A stretch of 64,000 bases of DNA from Octopus sinensis. Lineage: Eukaryota. The stretch is taken from the NCBI RefSeq assembly GCF_006345805.1, contig NC_043021.1, positions 8,370,001 through 8,434,000 of the forward strand, read 5' to 3'. A model generated the notes under the pieces. That model was not told the DNA's origin and searched no databases. It saw only the letters and a program-made list of their open reading frames with translations. Shown in pieces: positions 43,560 to 55,394 of this stretch. Numbering within the stretch: the stretch's first letter is position 1; each line of letters opens with the position of its first letter. A program made the translations under genes and the position numbers.

Positions 43560-46500
43560 TTCATTGTGATGCAAGAAAAGATCTCTCCCCCTCTCTCTCT
43601 CCGTTTTTCGGTCGTGTTATTCTTTGCTCCGCAGTGAAAGATTGTTTCTGTGCTGAAAATTGTGAAAATTTGCTGTTTTGGTTGTCGAAACCACTTCTTT
43701 TCTGCTGTTACAGCAGAATTTTGCTTTTGTTTCCCCCTTGTTTCAAGGAAGAAACAGCTAAAAACATGAATTTGTCACCAATTTCTTCCAAGTCCGAGGA
43801 AACTTTAAAATTTTGTTTCAAGGCATAGACAAGAATGTGGGAGGAGGAAGGTGAAAGTAAAGAGACGTCTCACGCGAGCGTTACAAAAGCAGACGACAAT
43901 ATGTCTGGCGAAGCTAGTAAACGACAAGAAAAGGCAAAAATAAATTTTGCGAGTGCAGCAACTCGCTCCTGTGAAAATATAGTCATCAACAAGGAAGAAT
44001 TAAAGAAATACCAAGGACTACTAAAAAAAGAAGGTGATAATGTGAAGTTGTTCCCTCCCAGTGAATTAATTTATGCGACGGAGTGAGGAAAAACTGTCAT
44101 ATACAAGACGTATAATGTCAAAAATAAGAAAATTGACTTCGTGCAGAGAGAAGCCATTGAAAAATGTTTGAGGCCGATATGGCAACAAACTACGTATATA
44201 ACAAGGGGTAGTCGCTTCGGAACGGTAGAGGTGCATTTCCCTAGCGAAGAAATAGCTAGGGAACATTCAACAAGAACGTTGAAGTCAGAAGAGGTAGTTC
44301 TTTTACCATTTTATTTAGGAATGAGAACTAGCAGGATAACAGTCACGGACATTCCGCCCGAAATAGATGTGGATTTTATAACAGCAGCGATTCTCTTAGG
44401 CAAAGAGAAAGAAATTGCCATTCTTCAGTCTAAAAGATACCGCCCCACAACCTGGTATGGACAGGACTTAGAGCTTGTGATCCAAGCGAACCCCTCGGAC
44501 TTGGAAAAATTGCCAAGCTCCCTCATCATTGGAGATAATACCAGCTTGATGGTAATAGTCGAGGGAAGAAAACCGAGGTGCTATAAATGTGGCGAGAAAG
44601 GCCACATAAGGTCGAGCTGCAAGAAGACAGCGAAAGAAAATACTGCAGAGGCAAGCACGATGCCGAAAACAACTTCACCGCTAGAAATAGCAGCCACGTC
44701 GCGCACCCCAATTGCCGAAATTCAGCCGACAACGGGAGAAAAAAACGACAACAACGATGACAACAACATCAACAACATCCAGGAGTGGGTCAACGTGGAA
44801 GCTTCAAAAACAAGACGGAAACGGAAAAATCCACCCTCTTCGGATACACAGGACCATACTCTGACACAGACAAGCACACCCACACCCACAAATACAGTCG
44901 CAAACACACACATAGCCAAAAAAACACACACACTGGAAAAAGCACACACAAACACTCACACACCTACCACAAGCACGCACACACCTACAAACACCCACGC
45001 TTCTACAAGCACGCACACACCTACAAACACCCACGCTTCTACAAGCACACACACACCCACAAACACACACACACAGCCCCCTCCACAATCACCTAACAAA
45101 AAAAAAAGAAACACCTTCACGGTGATAAATAAAAACAATAACCCATTAAGGGAAAAAATTAATTTACTGAAATCGGCGAAAAAATATATCGCAACAGATA
45201 TAAATAGTATTATAATCTGAAAATGTAGAATTTTATACGATAGATAACGCGGATTATTTTGAAATTAAAAAATCTTTTGCGGAGGACGTAGGCCCGTTAC
45301 AGAAGAACTTTTCAAGCCATCTGTACAAGCAATTCGCAAAAAAACTGACCTCGCAAAATACAACACTCACAGACAGAAAAGATGAGGGTGAAACTACACC
45401 CTCTCTTCCGTTAAAACAGTAAGTTTTAAACATTCGACTAAATTTTCACTTTCTCGTTTAAACTCGGTTGTATAAATACTCGCGGCCTGGGGTCGTATTG
45501 GAAGCAAGGCTACCTCCTTAACGACCTTAGGTCGCATCGTTTGGATGTAGTGGTAATTACCGAATCCAGACTGAGTGGGCTGCAGGCTTTTTCGCCCCTT
45601 CTAAACGGCTATGAGAAATACATTTCTCCCTGTCGATCTGGAGGGGGCGGAGGAGTGGCAGTGCTGGTCAGGAAAAACCTGGATTTAGAGATTAGAACTG
45701 TCTTTATAGATCCGGAAGGCAGGTTGGTCGTTTTGGATGTGACGCACAGCAGTGGTAAAGTGTTCAGGCTGGTCGCTGTCTATGCTCCCTGCGAAGGAAA
45801 AGCCGGGCAGAAAGAGTATTTCAAAAGCCTAGAGAATTTTCTTGGCACGTCGAACAGGTTAGTATTGCTAGGTGACTTCAACATAATTTGCGATGCAAGC
45901 GTAGATTATGTTGGCTCGAGAAAGAATACGAGGGGATTACCTCACCTCAACGATATGCTAAGTCGTTTCGAATTGGCAGATAGATTCAGACTGGACCATC
46001 CAGACACTCCAGAGTGGACCTGGGCAAGAAACGACGGGTCGTCCAGATCTTATATCGATAGAATCATAACTAGAAGGAAAGATAAGAAAGTACTTAGCTG
46101 TCCACAACACCATATCGTCAGCTACAGCGATCACAAATTAGTGACCTGTACGCTCGACATAGATAGCATGTGTAGACGAGGTACCGGTTACTGGAAGCTA
46201 AACAAGTCACTATTGGACTGTGAAGCCTACAGGAATCGGATTAAACAATTAGTAATGAGGGCGTTAACCGGATCCATTATCAACAACAAATGGTGGTACG
46301 CCCTGAAAAGAGCCATCAAATTTGAGTCAATTAGGTTTAGCAAAGAACTAGCTAGTGCTAGAAACAAAGTAGAAAAGGAACTAGTTAAGGCAATAGAGGA
46401 GGCAATGAGGTCAGGCAGTGCATCGAAAGTGTTAGCGGCGAGGTTAGCACTCGACCAACATCTCAAAGCTAAACATGAAGGGTGCATTGTCAGGGCTAAG

Positions 46501-47050
46501 ATCTGTGCAATGAGACAGGAAGGGATCAACGCAGCCGGATGGGCCCGGGTGGTAGAGGGCCAGCGTGGTAACAACTCAACCATTCGATCCTTGACGGGCC
46601 CAAATGGTCGATTAGTAAACGAACCCGAGGAGATGTGCAAGGTGTTTCATGATCATTTTGCCCAGCTATTCGGGAGGAGTGGCGAGCTGGAGCGCGGGGA
46701 GAAGCTCGCAGACTTCCTAGCCGGTTCGCCGCGTCTATCGGGGCCGGATGCGGAATCTTGTGAGGCGCCGATCACAGCCAAAGAAGTCGAGGATGTGTTG
46801 GCAGACTGCGGCGGGGACAAATCGCCGGTACTCGATGGTCTGCCTTACGAACTCTATAGTAGCATGCCAGACTTGTTTGGGCACCTACTTGCATGCGTGT
46901 ACACCAACTGGCAGCAGAACGGGAGAATTCCTAAGTCTGTGAGCCGAGGGGTGGTAGTGCTGTTAAGAAAGGACCCAAACAAGGGGGATTTAATTGATAA
47001 TTTTCGGCCCATCACTCTGCTTAACGCAGAGTTGAAGATTTTGGCCAAGG
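43560..47050 (+). mobile_element. Tx1/L1-clade LINE: 5'UTR, ORF1 (43835-45220, one in-frame TGA at 44084) and ORF2 (about 45457-47050, APE endonuclease and start of RT), 3'-truncated
   Basis: ORF1 zinc knuckle CYKCGEKGHIRSSC. ORF2 reads GCINTRGL, VVVITES, LLGDFN, SYIDRI, SDHKLV, GYWKLN, KSPVLDGLP and NFRPITLLNAELKILAKV, then homology stops abruptly. Confidence 0.92.
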
Positions 47051-47099
47051 TCATTATTAGGGCAGATTCAGACCAAGTTGAAGCAGCTTGGAAATCTCC

Positions 47100-47170
47100 A
47101 GCATGCATGCGCAGAGTTGGATTCTTCCGGGAGGCCTGCCGGAAGTTCCTTCATGCGCATGCGCAGAAAA
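47100..47170. promoter_or_regulatory. NRF1/ETS motif cluster (promoter-like or LTR-like)
   Basis: TGCGCATGCGCA at 47154-47165, CCGGAAGT at 47139-47146, CTTCCGG at 47124-47130, CATGCGCA at 47106-47113. Confidence 0.35.
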
Positions 47171-48269
47171 CTAGCAGCAGCGGAATTTTCCCTCATATCG
47201 TCCTCTCGAATGCTGGCAGCCGAACAGGACAGTCGTGTTTTAGCAGCTCTCTCTAGTTGCTACCTCGTGGTGTTTCTCCGCTATGCTTGAACGGACAGGA
47301 TTTGGCTCACTCCACTTGACTACTGCGACGACCTCCTAGGCTGCCGATTCGCCCTGGAAGAAGAATGTATATATATTGTGAATCCAGAAATAAAATATTT
47401 ATGCTGTTGACTCTTTCCTTCAATTAATATTTTAATGTAAAGGATGCGAGCTGCACCCATCCAGTGCAGGGACCTCTCATCCTGTTACAATTGCTGACCC
47501 CTGAACATAAAACGAACATGCAAGCCAACAGACGTACACAGCAACTCACCCAGGTTTCTATACAGCACTGTTTGTGTATCAATTCACTGTCATTTTCACA
47601 GCTAGTATACAACCTGCGGGCCAGACTATCTCTCACCACCAATGCCGCCACTATAGTGATGTCTCTCCACTTTCGCTGTCACTATCTTCATAAGTTGGCT
47701 GAACCGAATAAGAACGAAGTCTCAACAAGCAAGAAAGCGAATCAGTTTCAGCCTCTTCTCTGTCACATGACACTATATCAAGCAAAATAGATGCGCTGAC
47801 ACGACGCATGGATGAGCTATGCCGGGAAAATAGGCATCGTTCGCGTAGTCGGAATCGCTCTGCCTCTCGTGTCTCTAGGCCACTTTCCGGGCTGTGCAGG
47901 TACCATTCCAGATTTGCTCAAAAATATAATAGAGGTTATCGAAGTGGGGGATAAGAAGCTTCAGGTGAAGGTAGAAGGGAGGAAGCCTCTGTGTTTTAGA
48001 CGTGGTCAGCTAGGCCACATCAGATTCTAGTGCAAATCTCCCCACCAAAGAAGTACCGAATCCCCCACCTCCAGAAGCAACAACATCACCTTCATCACCA
48101 AGAAATGACAGAAAACACAGAAGATGGGGAATGGTAACAACAATGTAAGAAAAAAGGGCAAAAGAGAAAAAAGCCATCAACCTGCACTATTGAGCCCAAC
48201 ATTGAAAACAGCGCAGAAAAAAATAATACAGAAAATTCAGACTCCCAAATGGAACTTATTTTTCAACCA

Positions 48270-48620
48270 CTTGGACCAACCAGTAGCAGTAAACATGAAA
48301 AATGAACGTCTAATTACGAAAATTGAAAATAGAGAAGAGAAACTGTGCACAGTTGTGGAAATTAGCTGCCCGGCGGATGTTAACATAAAGCTGAAGATCA
48401 GTGAAAAAGAGAACACCTATGCTGAACTATTGAGAAATCTGCAGTTACTCTATCTAGATTACAAGTTCAGGTTTCTACCTGTAATTATTGGGGCTTTGGG
48501 ATATGTAACACACTGCCTAAATACCAATCTTGAGAAATTAGGCTTCTCAAAACCAGAAAGGCGACTACAGATCCAATCCATCACTGGAACTGTAAGAATT
48601 TGTAAAACTTTCCAGACTGC
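48270..48620 (+). mobile_element. RLE-domain fragment of an R4/Dong-like retrotransposon inside the Tx1 remnant
   Basis: Reads VVEISCPADVNIKLKISEKENTYAEL...LPVIIGALG...LQIQSITGTVRICKTF. Confidence 0.7.
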
Positions 48621-49539
48621 TCCAAAAAGTGTTGCCCCCACAGGCGTTGACCCCCTCAGACGATACCACGGAGGTATCAGAGGGTGGATTTACAACACCT
48701 TGAAAATGAAAACCTTCCCCATCGACACCCCCTACAAAAAAACCTAAACAATACACAAAAGAAGTCCCGCCCGACTGCCCCGGAAGAAAAAGAGGAAAAC
48801 CGTATGCTTGTCGAATACGACACTACGGAACAATACACCAACGAAGCTATTGTGACACATCAGATGACAAAACTTTATATTCAACATAAAGAATTAACGC
48901 GGAGATGTGCAGCAATAGGGGAAATCCTATACCACGACTTAAGGGAAAGGAACCCGTGCACCATTTGGAAAATTTATGAATTACCAAATTATGCAAAGGA
49001 AGAGGCTGATCCACGTGTGGTGAAGTCGGCCCCAAATTCTCCAAGGAAAAAGTAAGTAGAACTTTTTACTTTTTGTGATCGAACTCACTTAACTTTGGTT
49101 CTTTAAATGTGCGTGGTCTGAGTTCAATATGGAAGCAGGCATATTTCCTCGACGATCTCAGATCACATGATATACATGTAATGGTTTCCACAGAGACCAA
49201 GCTGGACAATCTACAAACCTTCTCGCCTCTCCTGAATGGCTACGAGAAAATTATGTCTCCTGGCCAGACCGGAGGGCAAGGGGGTGTAGTGGTACTGATC
49301 CGTAAAGGCTTGGCTCTGCAGACAAGTACAGTCTATGTGGACCCTGAAAGTGGGCTGGTCGTCCTTGATGTGACATACAGCAGTAAGGCCTTCAGGTTGA
49401 TCGGAAGGAGGAAGACGACCTATATCGTCAACTTGCTGGAAGGTACTGGTTTGGAAGGGGTACAGGAGCTGAGGACCATAATGGAAGATCAAATGGGGAA
49501 AACATGTGGAAACAGTCTTGGGGCATCCTGAGGGATAAC

Positions 49540-50450
49540 CTTGATAGATAGATATATCGCAGTAACATTTTTCATGCTTTCATTAACTCCCAGGATGGCA
49601 AAAGTGTCAATTAGTTCAGTTTCCTCTCTGTTTTCTCAACCTTTGCAACAAAAACCCTTGCAGATAAGAAGAATATTATCATTCTCAGAAAAGAGAAGCC
49701 AAAGTTTGGAATGGAAATCAGAATCAAAGTGGGCAGCAAGGAACGTCATTGTTATTTTGATTCTAAGTATTATGAACAGTATGAAAGGATGACAGGATGT
49801 CCCACTTTGAAGAAATTGTTGTTCTCCATTTCAGATACATTGTCAACATAAGAATGCATGGACAACTAAAGGCTACTGTGATTTGGACAATTTGATTACA
49901 GCTTTCATAAGATACAAAAATAATCTGAAAATCATCCGAATTCCATAATTGCTCTGGAAACCTTTGACCGAAAACAGATTGATACAGCAATCAATCATTG
50001 GGAAGCAGCTTCAATCAATCAAGAAAAATCATGAACTATTGAAAAGGTTAATTCATTGTATTGAAATTTTCGCCTGTCAAGAATTGGCATTTCAAGGATA
50101 CAACGAACCAGAAGAATCAAACAATATGAGGAATTTTCTGGCTAAATGTGAAGCAGTAGAGGAATATGATTCTCGTTTAAGATTGCATCCTAATTACAAG
50201 AGGTAAAATGCCAGTTGCACATTTTCTGAACTTTGAAGTGATATTCAAAATGAGATAATTGTATATCCATGGCAACTGAAGGTGAGATTAAGGCAATGAT
50301 CATGGAAACATAATTTGCTGCTGTCATGTTTGATGAGACTCTGGATCATTGAATGAGATTTCAATTATGTGTTTTGCAATTTGTTGATGAGAAAGAAAAT
50401 CCCCGAGAAAGGTTTTCGGGATACATCAAGATCAGTATAGACAGAAGAGC
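49540..50450 (+). mobile_element. hAT transposase remnant (DUF4371/ZMYM1-like)
   Basis: Reads CQELAFQGYNEPEESNNMRNF, then AVMFDETLD...LQFVDEKENPRERFSGY; multiple stops. Confidence 0.72.
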
Positions 50451-52249
50451 TGTGTAGTGGAGCATGCATGCATGAAGTGGATTCGATCCACCACAGCCAA
50501 ATTTAAATCAACACTGCAACAGAACTTATCCCACGATGGAACAATGGTTTTTCTCTGACAGCAGTTTTACATGTTCCAGATGCCTTTAACTAGGCCGAAA
50601 TAATGTCTTCACCACTTGACCCTTTCTAACCTCTTCTACTTCACCAAAAGCTAGAATAAGAGATAACAAGACCACCAACTAAATCTATTGTTTTCAATGA
50701 TATATCTATCCTTCTGGATAGTTATAAAAGCAAGAACACCCCAAGCAAAAATAAGTTCGTCACAGTCATGACTACTCAACGCAGTTGATCACTGGTGATA
50801 ACTCGTGAGTTGAGAGAGAGTTAACATCAGTTGGTGAACCGACCACTAGAATTATGGAAGCAGGCAGACAACACAGTCAGAGGGAAAAAGAAAGACAACG
50901 TCCCACACTCTCTCACTCTCACTAGCTCCAATTCTGTTCTCTTACAACATCATTCTATCTGTCTCAGCAATTACTACTAAGCAATGAAGAGAACCCAAAC
51001 ACAAACTTTACATTGCATGCTTTTGGATTTATCATAACCTGCCTGTCAAGACAAGGTATTGTAAATTGCTTTAGTTTTAACAGGAGACTTCAACACTATT
51101 CTCAATGTGTGAGTGGATAGTGTAGGCTCAAATAATAGAAAAGGAAGCCCAGGCCTAAAAAGGCTACTAGCGAGCTATAAACTAGTAGACCAATACAGAC
51201 TGGATGAACCGCTCGTCCCACAGTGGACGTGGTCTAATAACGACGGTTCACTAAGGTCTTACTTAGATAGGGTTATAATAAAAGATAGTGACAGCGATAT
51301 AGTTAGTTGTCCACATTTTCACTGTGCCTCTTACACAGATCACAAATTTGTGACGTGTGAGGTGCAGTTAGCTAAGTGTCATCGACAGGGACCTGGGTAC
51401 TGGAAGTTGAACAAGTCTATTTTGACTAGTAAAGTCTTCCGTACCCAGAACAACAGATGGTGGTGCGCCCTCAAATGAGCCATTCGTTTAGAGTCTCTCA
51501 GATTTAGTAAAGAGCTAAGTTTAGAGGGGACTAGAATAGAAGGGCAGTTAACTAAGGAATTAGAGGAGGCCATAGCATCAGGCTCTACATCCAGTGTGTT
51601 GGTGGCGAGAACAGTATTATTCCGGCACCTCCAAGCCAAACATGAAGGGTGTAGAGTCAGGGCTAAGTTACGCGCGGTGGGCAGAGAAGGTATTAACGTT
51701 GCTGGATGGGCCCGTCGTCTGGAGAGTCGGAGAGGCAGAGAAGCCTCTGTACAGTCTTTAATTGATGAACAGGGTCGCTTAATCAACGGACTTGTACACC
51801 TGTTCTCCATATCACAGAGTAACTGAGCCAGCTTGTGTGTGTATACCACATGTGAAATACATAAATTGATACATGTTTATCCTATGATACCCTCAGTCAA
51901 TTTCTGGACCTTCCAGAAATTGAAGTACTTGTGAATGATTGGTTATATTTAAATGAATTTAAGGAGAGAGAGAGAGAGAGAGGTTGTGACAGTCACGCCC
52001 TCCTAACAAAGTGAATGAAATAGTTACAATCAGAAATTGAACCTGGCTCACACAGTTTATAAGGTCTACATCGCCTGCAATATGGCCTACATGCTGTGTA
52101 GTGCAGGTGCAAGTAAGTATATACACAACAAATACACACACACTATATATATATATATATAGTTATAATATTAGGGAGTATAACTCCAAACTTACAGGGA
52201 AAGTTCAATTTAGTATAAATCAAATTTTATATATATATATATATATATA

Positions 52250-52450
52250 TACTGGCTGATGACAGTCAAGGCTGATCTGGAATGCAACCTAGGCCCCCAT
52301 ATCTACGGCGTTCGCCGCTGGAATAAGGAGCAGTTGGAGATCACGCGGTCGTTAGCCTTAAATCGCCAGGCCTGGTCGGCATTTGTGAGAGATGCAGCAT
52401 TGAGGATGAATGAAGCAAGCTCAACCCACCCCGGGTGAATGCTGTTTACA
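52250..52450 (+). mobile_element. RTE-clade LINE 3' end, related to the copy at 4.9 kb
   Basis: Reads WLMTVKADLE...GVRRWNKE...LALNRQAWSAFVRDAALRMNEASSTHPG*. Confidence 0.72.
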
Positions 52451-52744
52451 GCAAAATATATATAAATACAGAGTGGAGTGAAAGTCACAAAGAAGCTTGA
52501 CATTTTAAATTCATTTGAATGAAATATTTTCTTTCTAATTTACAAGACGTGATTTTTCACACCTAACATACATATATTTCCTGTATATATATATATATAT
52601 ATTGGAATACACACACACACATATTGCATATGATTGTTAAGCTGCTGTAAACTTAAAACAAACATAAATGAATTATTAACACCTTTGAAACTTCAAGACT
52701 TTTGGGCTCACCTTGTGTGTGTGTGTGTGTGTGTGTCTGTGAGA

Positions 52745-52777
<33 letters not shown>

Positions 52778-53137
52778 TGAGAGGTACTATTTCAGCACAT
52801 TGAAAGATATTTCTGTGTGTGTGTATATGTATACACATATACATATATAAACACACACAGGTACAAAAACATACATACATACATATATATTAGGTGCATT
52901 TCAGAAGTTTTGAGACTATTTTTAGGAGATGCAGTTATAACCGTTCAACACTACTGTAATTTTATATCGTTACTATACATCAAATAAGCTGACCTAACAA
53001 CTTTTCTCATCCAAGAATGAAGGAGATGAGTGTCAGAGCACTTAGAACCCATCCTACTAAATACTACTTGTCACAGCTGACCAATTTACAGAATGCAGTC
53101 AAGACTTGAAGACAATTTGGAAGCTAGCTACACAACA

Positions 53138-53400
53138 GGCACAAGAGTGGCTGTGTGATAAGTAGCTATAGGCGCAGGAGTGGCTGTGTGGTAAGTAGCT
53201 ATAGGCGCAGGAGTGGCTGTGTGGTAAGTAGCTATAGGCGCAGGAGTGGCTGTGTGGTAAGTAGCTATAGGCGCAGGAGTGGCTGTGTGGTAAGTAGCTA
53301 TAGGCGCAGGAGTGGCTGTGTGGTAAGTAGCTATAGGCGCAGGAGTGGCTGTGTGGTAAGTAGCTATAGGCGCAGGAGTGGCTGTGTGGTAAGTAGCTTG
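53138..53400 (+). repeat. 33-bp tandem array of the SINE-A 5' head, about 8 copies
   Basis: Unit AGGCGCAGGAGTGGCTGTGTGGTAAGTAGCTAT, continuing into a complete SINE-A body. Confidence 0.95.
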
Positions 53401-53759
53401 CTTACCAACCACATGGTTCCAGGTTCAGTCCCACTGCGTGGCACTTTGGGTAAGTGTCTTCTACTATAGGCTCGGGCCGACCAAAGCCTTGTGAGTGGAT
53501 TTGGTAGACGGAAACTGAAAGAAGCCCGTCGTATATATGTATATGTGTATGTTTATGTGTCTGTGTTTGTCCCCCCAACATCGCTTGACAACTGATGGTG
53601 GTGTGTTTACATCCCCGTAACTTAGTGGTTTAGCAAAAGAGACCAATAGAATAAGTACTAGGCTTACAAAGAATAAGTCCTGGGGGTGATTTGATTTGAT
53701 AAAAGGCAGTGCTCCAGCATGGCCGCAGTCAAATGACTGAAACAAGTAAAAAGAGAGAA

Positions 53760-54600
53760 AGAATAAACTTTTGCATTAAACTGGGCAAAACACTACAGAA
53801 ACTTTTGAAGTGCTCCAGACTGGCACAAAAGAGTCAAGGAATGGGCAACATCAAAACTGTCTCTAATCTTCCCTATAATCCAGCCCTTGCTCCCTTTAAC
53901 TTTCAGTTGTTCGTCAAGCTGAAGGAGAACGTCAGTAGAGAAGAGGCGAGAGACAATGAAAGCTGTGGGAGAAAGAGGGACAGCAGGGCATCAGAGACGG
54001 TTGAGAGAATTTGCAGTTTTCAGGATGGAGACCCTTATGTGTCTATAACGATAATAAGCATACAGTTTGGAATTGATGTGGAAACTGAATACAGAATTAT
54101 TCATGAAGATTTGAACCTGTGCAAAATTTGTGCAAAGTTTGTCCCCAGGGGGCTCCGTGATGAGCATCGTAGTAACCAACTACATGACAAAAAAGGGCAA
54201 CATTAAAACTGTCCCTAGTCTTCCCCACAATCGAAGCCTTGCTCCCTCTGACTTTTGGCTGTTCCCCAAACTGAAGAATAAACTAAGGGGCAGTTGATTT
54301 GAAGATGAAGGAGGGTGTGACAAGAGTCCTGGACATCTTCACTTTGTAGGTCTACCATGGGACATTCATAAAAGGGCTGGAGCCCTAAGATAAGTGCACT
54401 GAAGTTAGATGAACCTACTTCGAGGCCTACCATGGGACCTTCATAAAAGGGCTGAAGCCCTAAGATAAGTGCACTGAAGTTAGATGAACCTACTTCGAGG
54501 CCTACCATGGGACCTTCATAAAAGGGCTGGAGCCCTAAGATAAGTGCACTGAAGTTAGATGATCCTACTTCGAAGGAGCTTAGAGTTTCATACTTCTTAG
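53760..54600 (+). mobile_element. Rearranged mariner remnant with a 3x75-bp tandem at its 3' end
   Basis: Reads INFCIKLGKT, KICAKFVPRGL and LAPSDFWLFPKLKNKLRG; repeat period 75 from 54349. Confidence 0.75.
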
Positions 54601-55184
54601 AAATTAAAAAAGGTCTTTCCTGATAAAGCCTGAAAATTTCTGGAATGCACTTTATACACACACACATATATACACATTCATCTATGACTATACATACTTT
54701 CTTGCACACACACACACACACACACACATATGCAAAGATCAACCATGTTTTGACACATACTTGTGTGTGTGTATATATATATATATATTTCTTTACTACC
54801 CATAAGGGGCTAAACATAGAGGGGACAAACAAGGACAGACAAAGGGATTAAGTCAATTACATCAACCCAGTGTGAAACTGGTACTTTATTTATCGACCCT
54901 GCGAGGATGAAAGGCAAAGTCGACCTCGGCGGAATTTGAACTCAGAACGTAACGACAGACGAAATACCGCAAAGCATTTCGCCCGGCGCGCTAACGTTTC
55001 TGCCAGCTCACCGCCTCATATATATATATATACATACATACATATAAATTCATATGCAATATACACACATATACACACTTACTAGCATATACATCTCTAT
55101 TAATTTACCCGCTCAGACAGAAAGTAACAACCCCTCCGCAGCCACCTGACCTCTCGTGTGAATAAAAGCAGCAGGAATCTACAT

Positions 55185-55394
55185 TCAGTCATCATCGACA
55201 ACTGTATCCATGACAACGTGATGGAGTCTGTACAGTCCGTTGCTATCACTGACAGCTTTGAGGTGATGCAATGGATTCTTGATGTCCTCACTCTCATCTT
55301 GTAAAATAAGCAACAAGTAATGTAGGTGTAACTCGGAGCATTCTGTGTCCAGGTAATGGAGTAGCTGACACCAAACGGAGTCTTCTGTAGTTTT
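55185..55394 (-). CDS. SAAL1: SAAL1 probable last coding exon (KTTEDSVWCQLLHYLDTECSEL...VVDDD*)
   Basis: First AG after the pyrimidine tract (ttttgatcag|AAA); phase 0 matches the previous exon; 70 codons to TGA. Confidence 0.7.
   Translation of the reverse strand, partial: KTTEDSVWCQLLHYLDTECSELHLHYLLLILQDESEDIKNPLHHLKAVSDSNGLYRLHHVVMDTVVDDD

Larger units (their letters stand above)
47790..51790 (+). mobile_element. Second, older Tx1-clade LINE, fragmented by nested insertions
   Basis: ORF1 piece KVEGRKPLCFRRGQLGHI at about 47960-48030; EN start LNVRGL...STETKL...GGVVVL at 49100-49420; EN and linker GDFN...SYLDRV...TDHKFV...GYWKLN...AKHEGC at 51070-51790. Confidence 0.82.

Noticed and set aside
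47051-47256. C-terminal ~70 aa of the 571-aa ORF as RT sequence
   Set aside because: Homology ends at LAKV; the rest is read-through into unrelated DNA.
53138-53400. CRISPR-like array (also the 50-bp and 52-bp arrays)
   Set aside because: No unique spacers, eukaryotic context, no cas genes.
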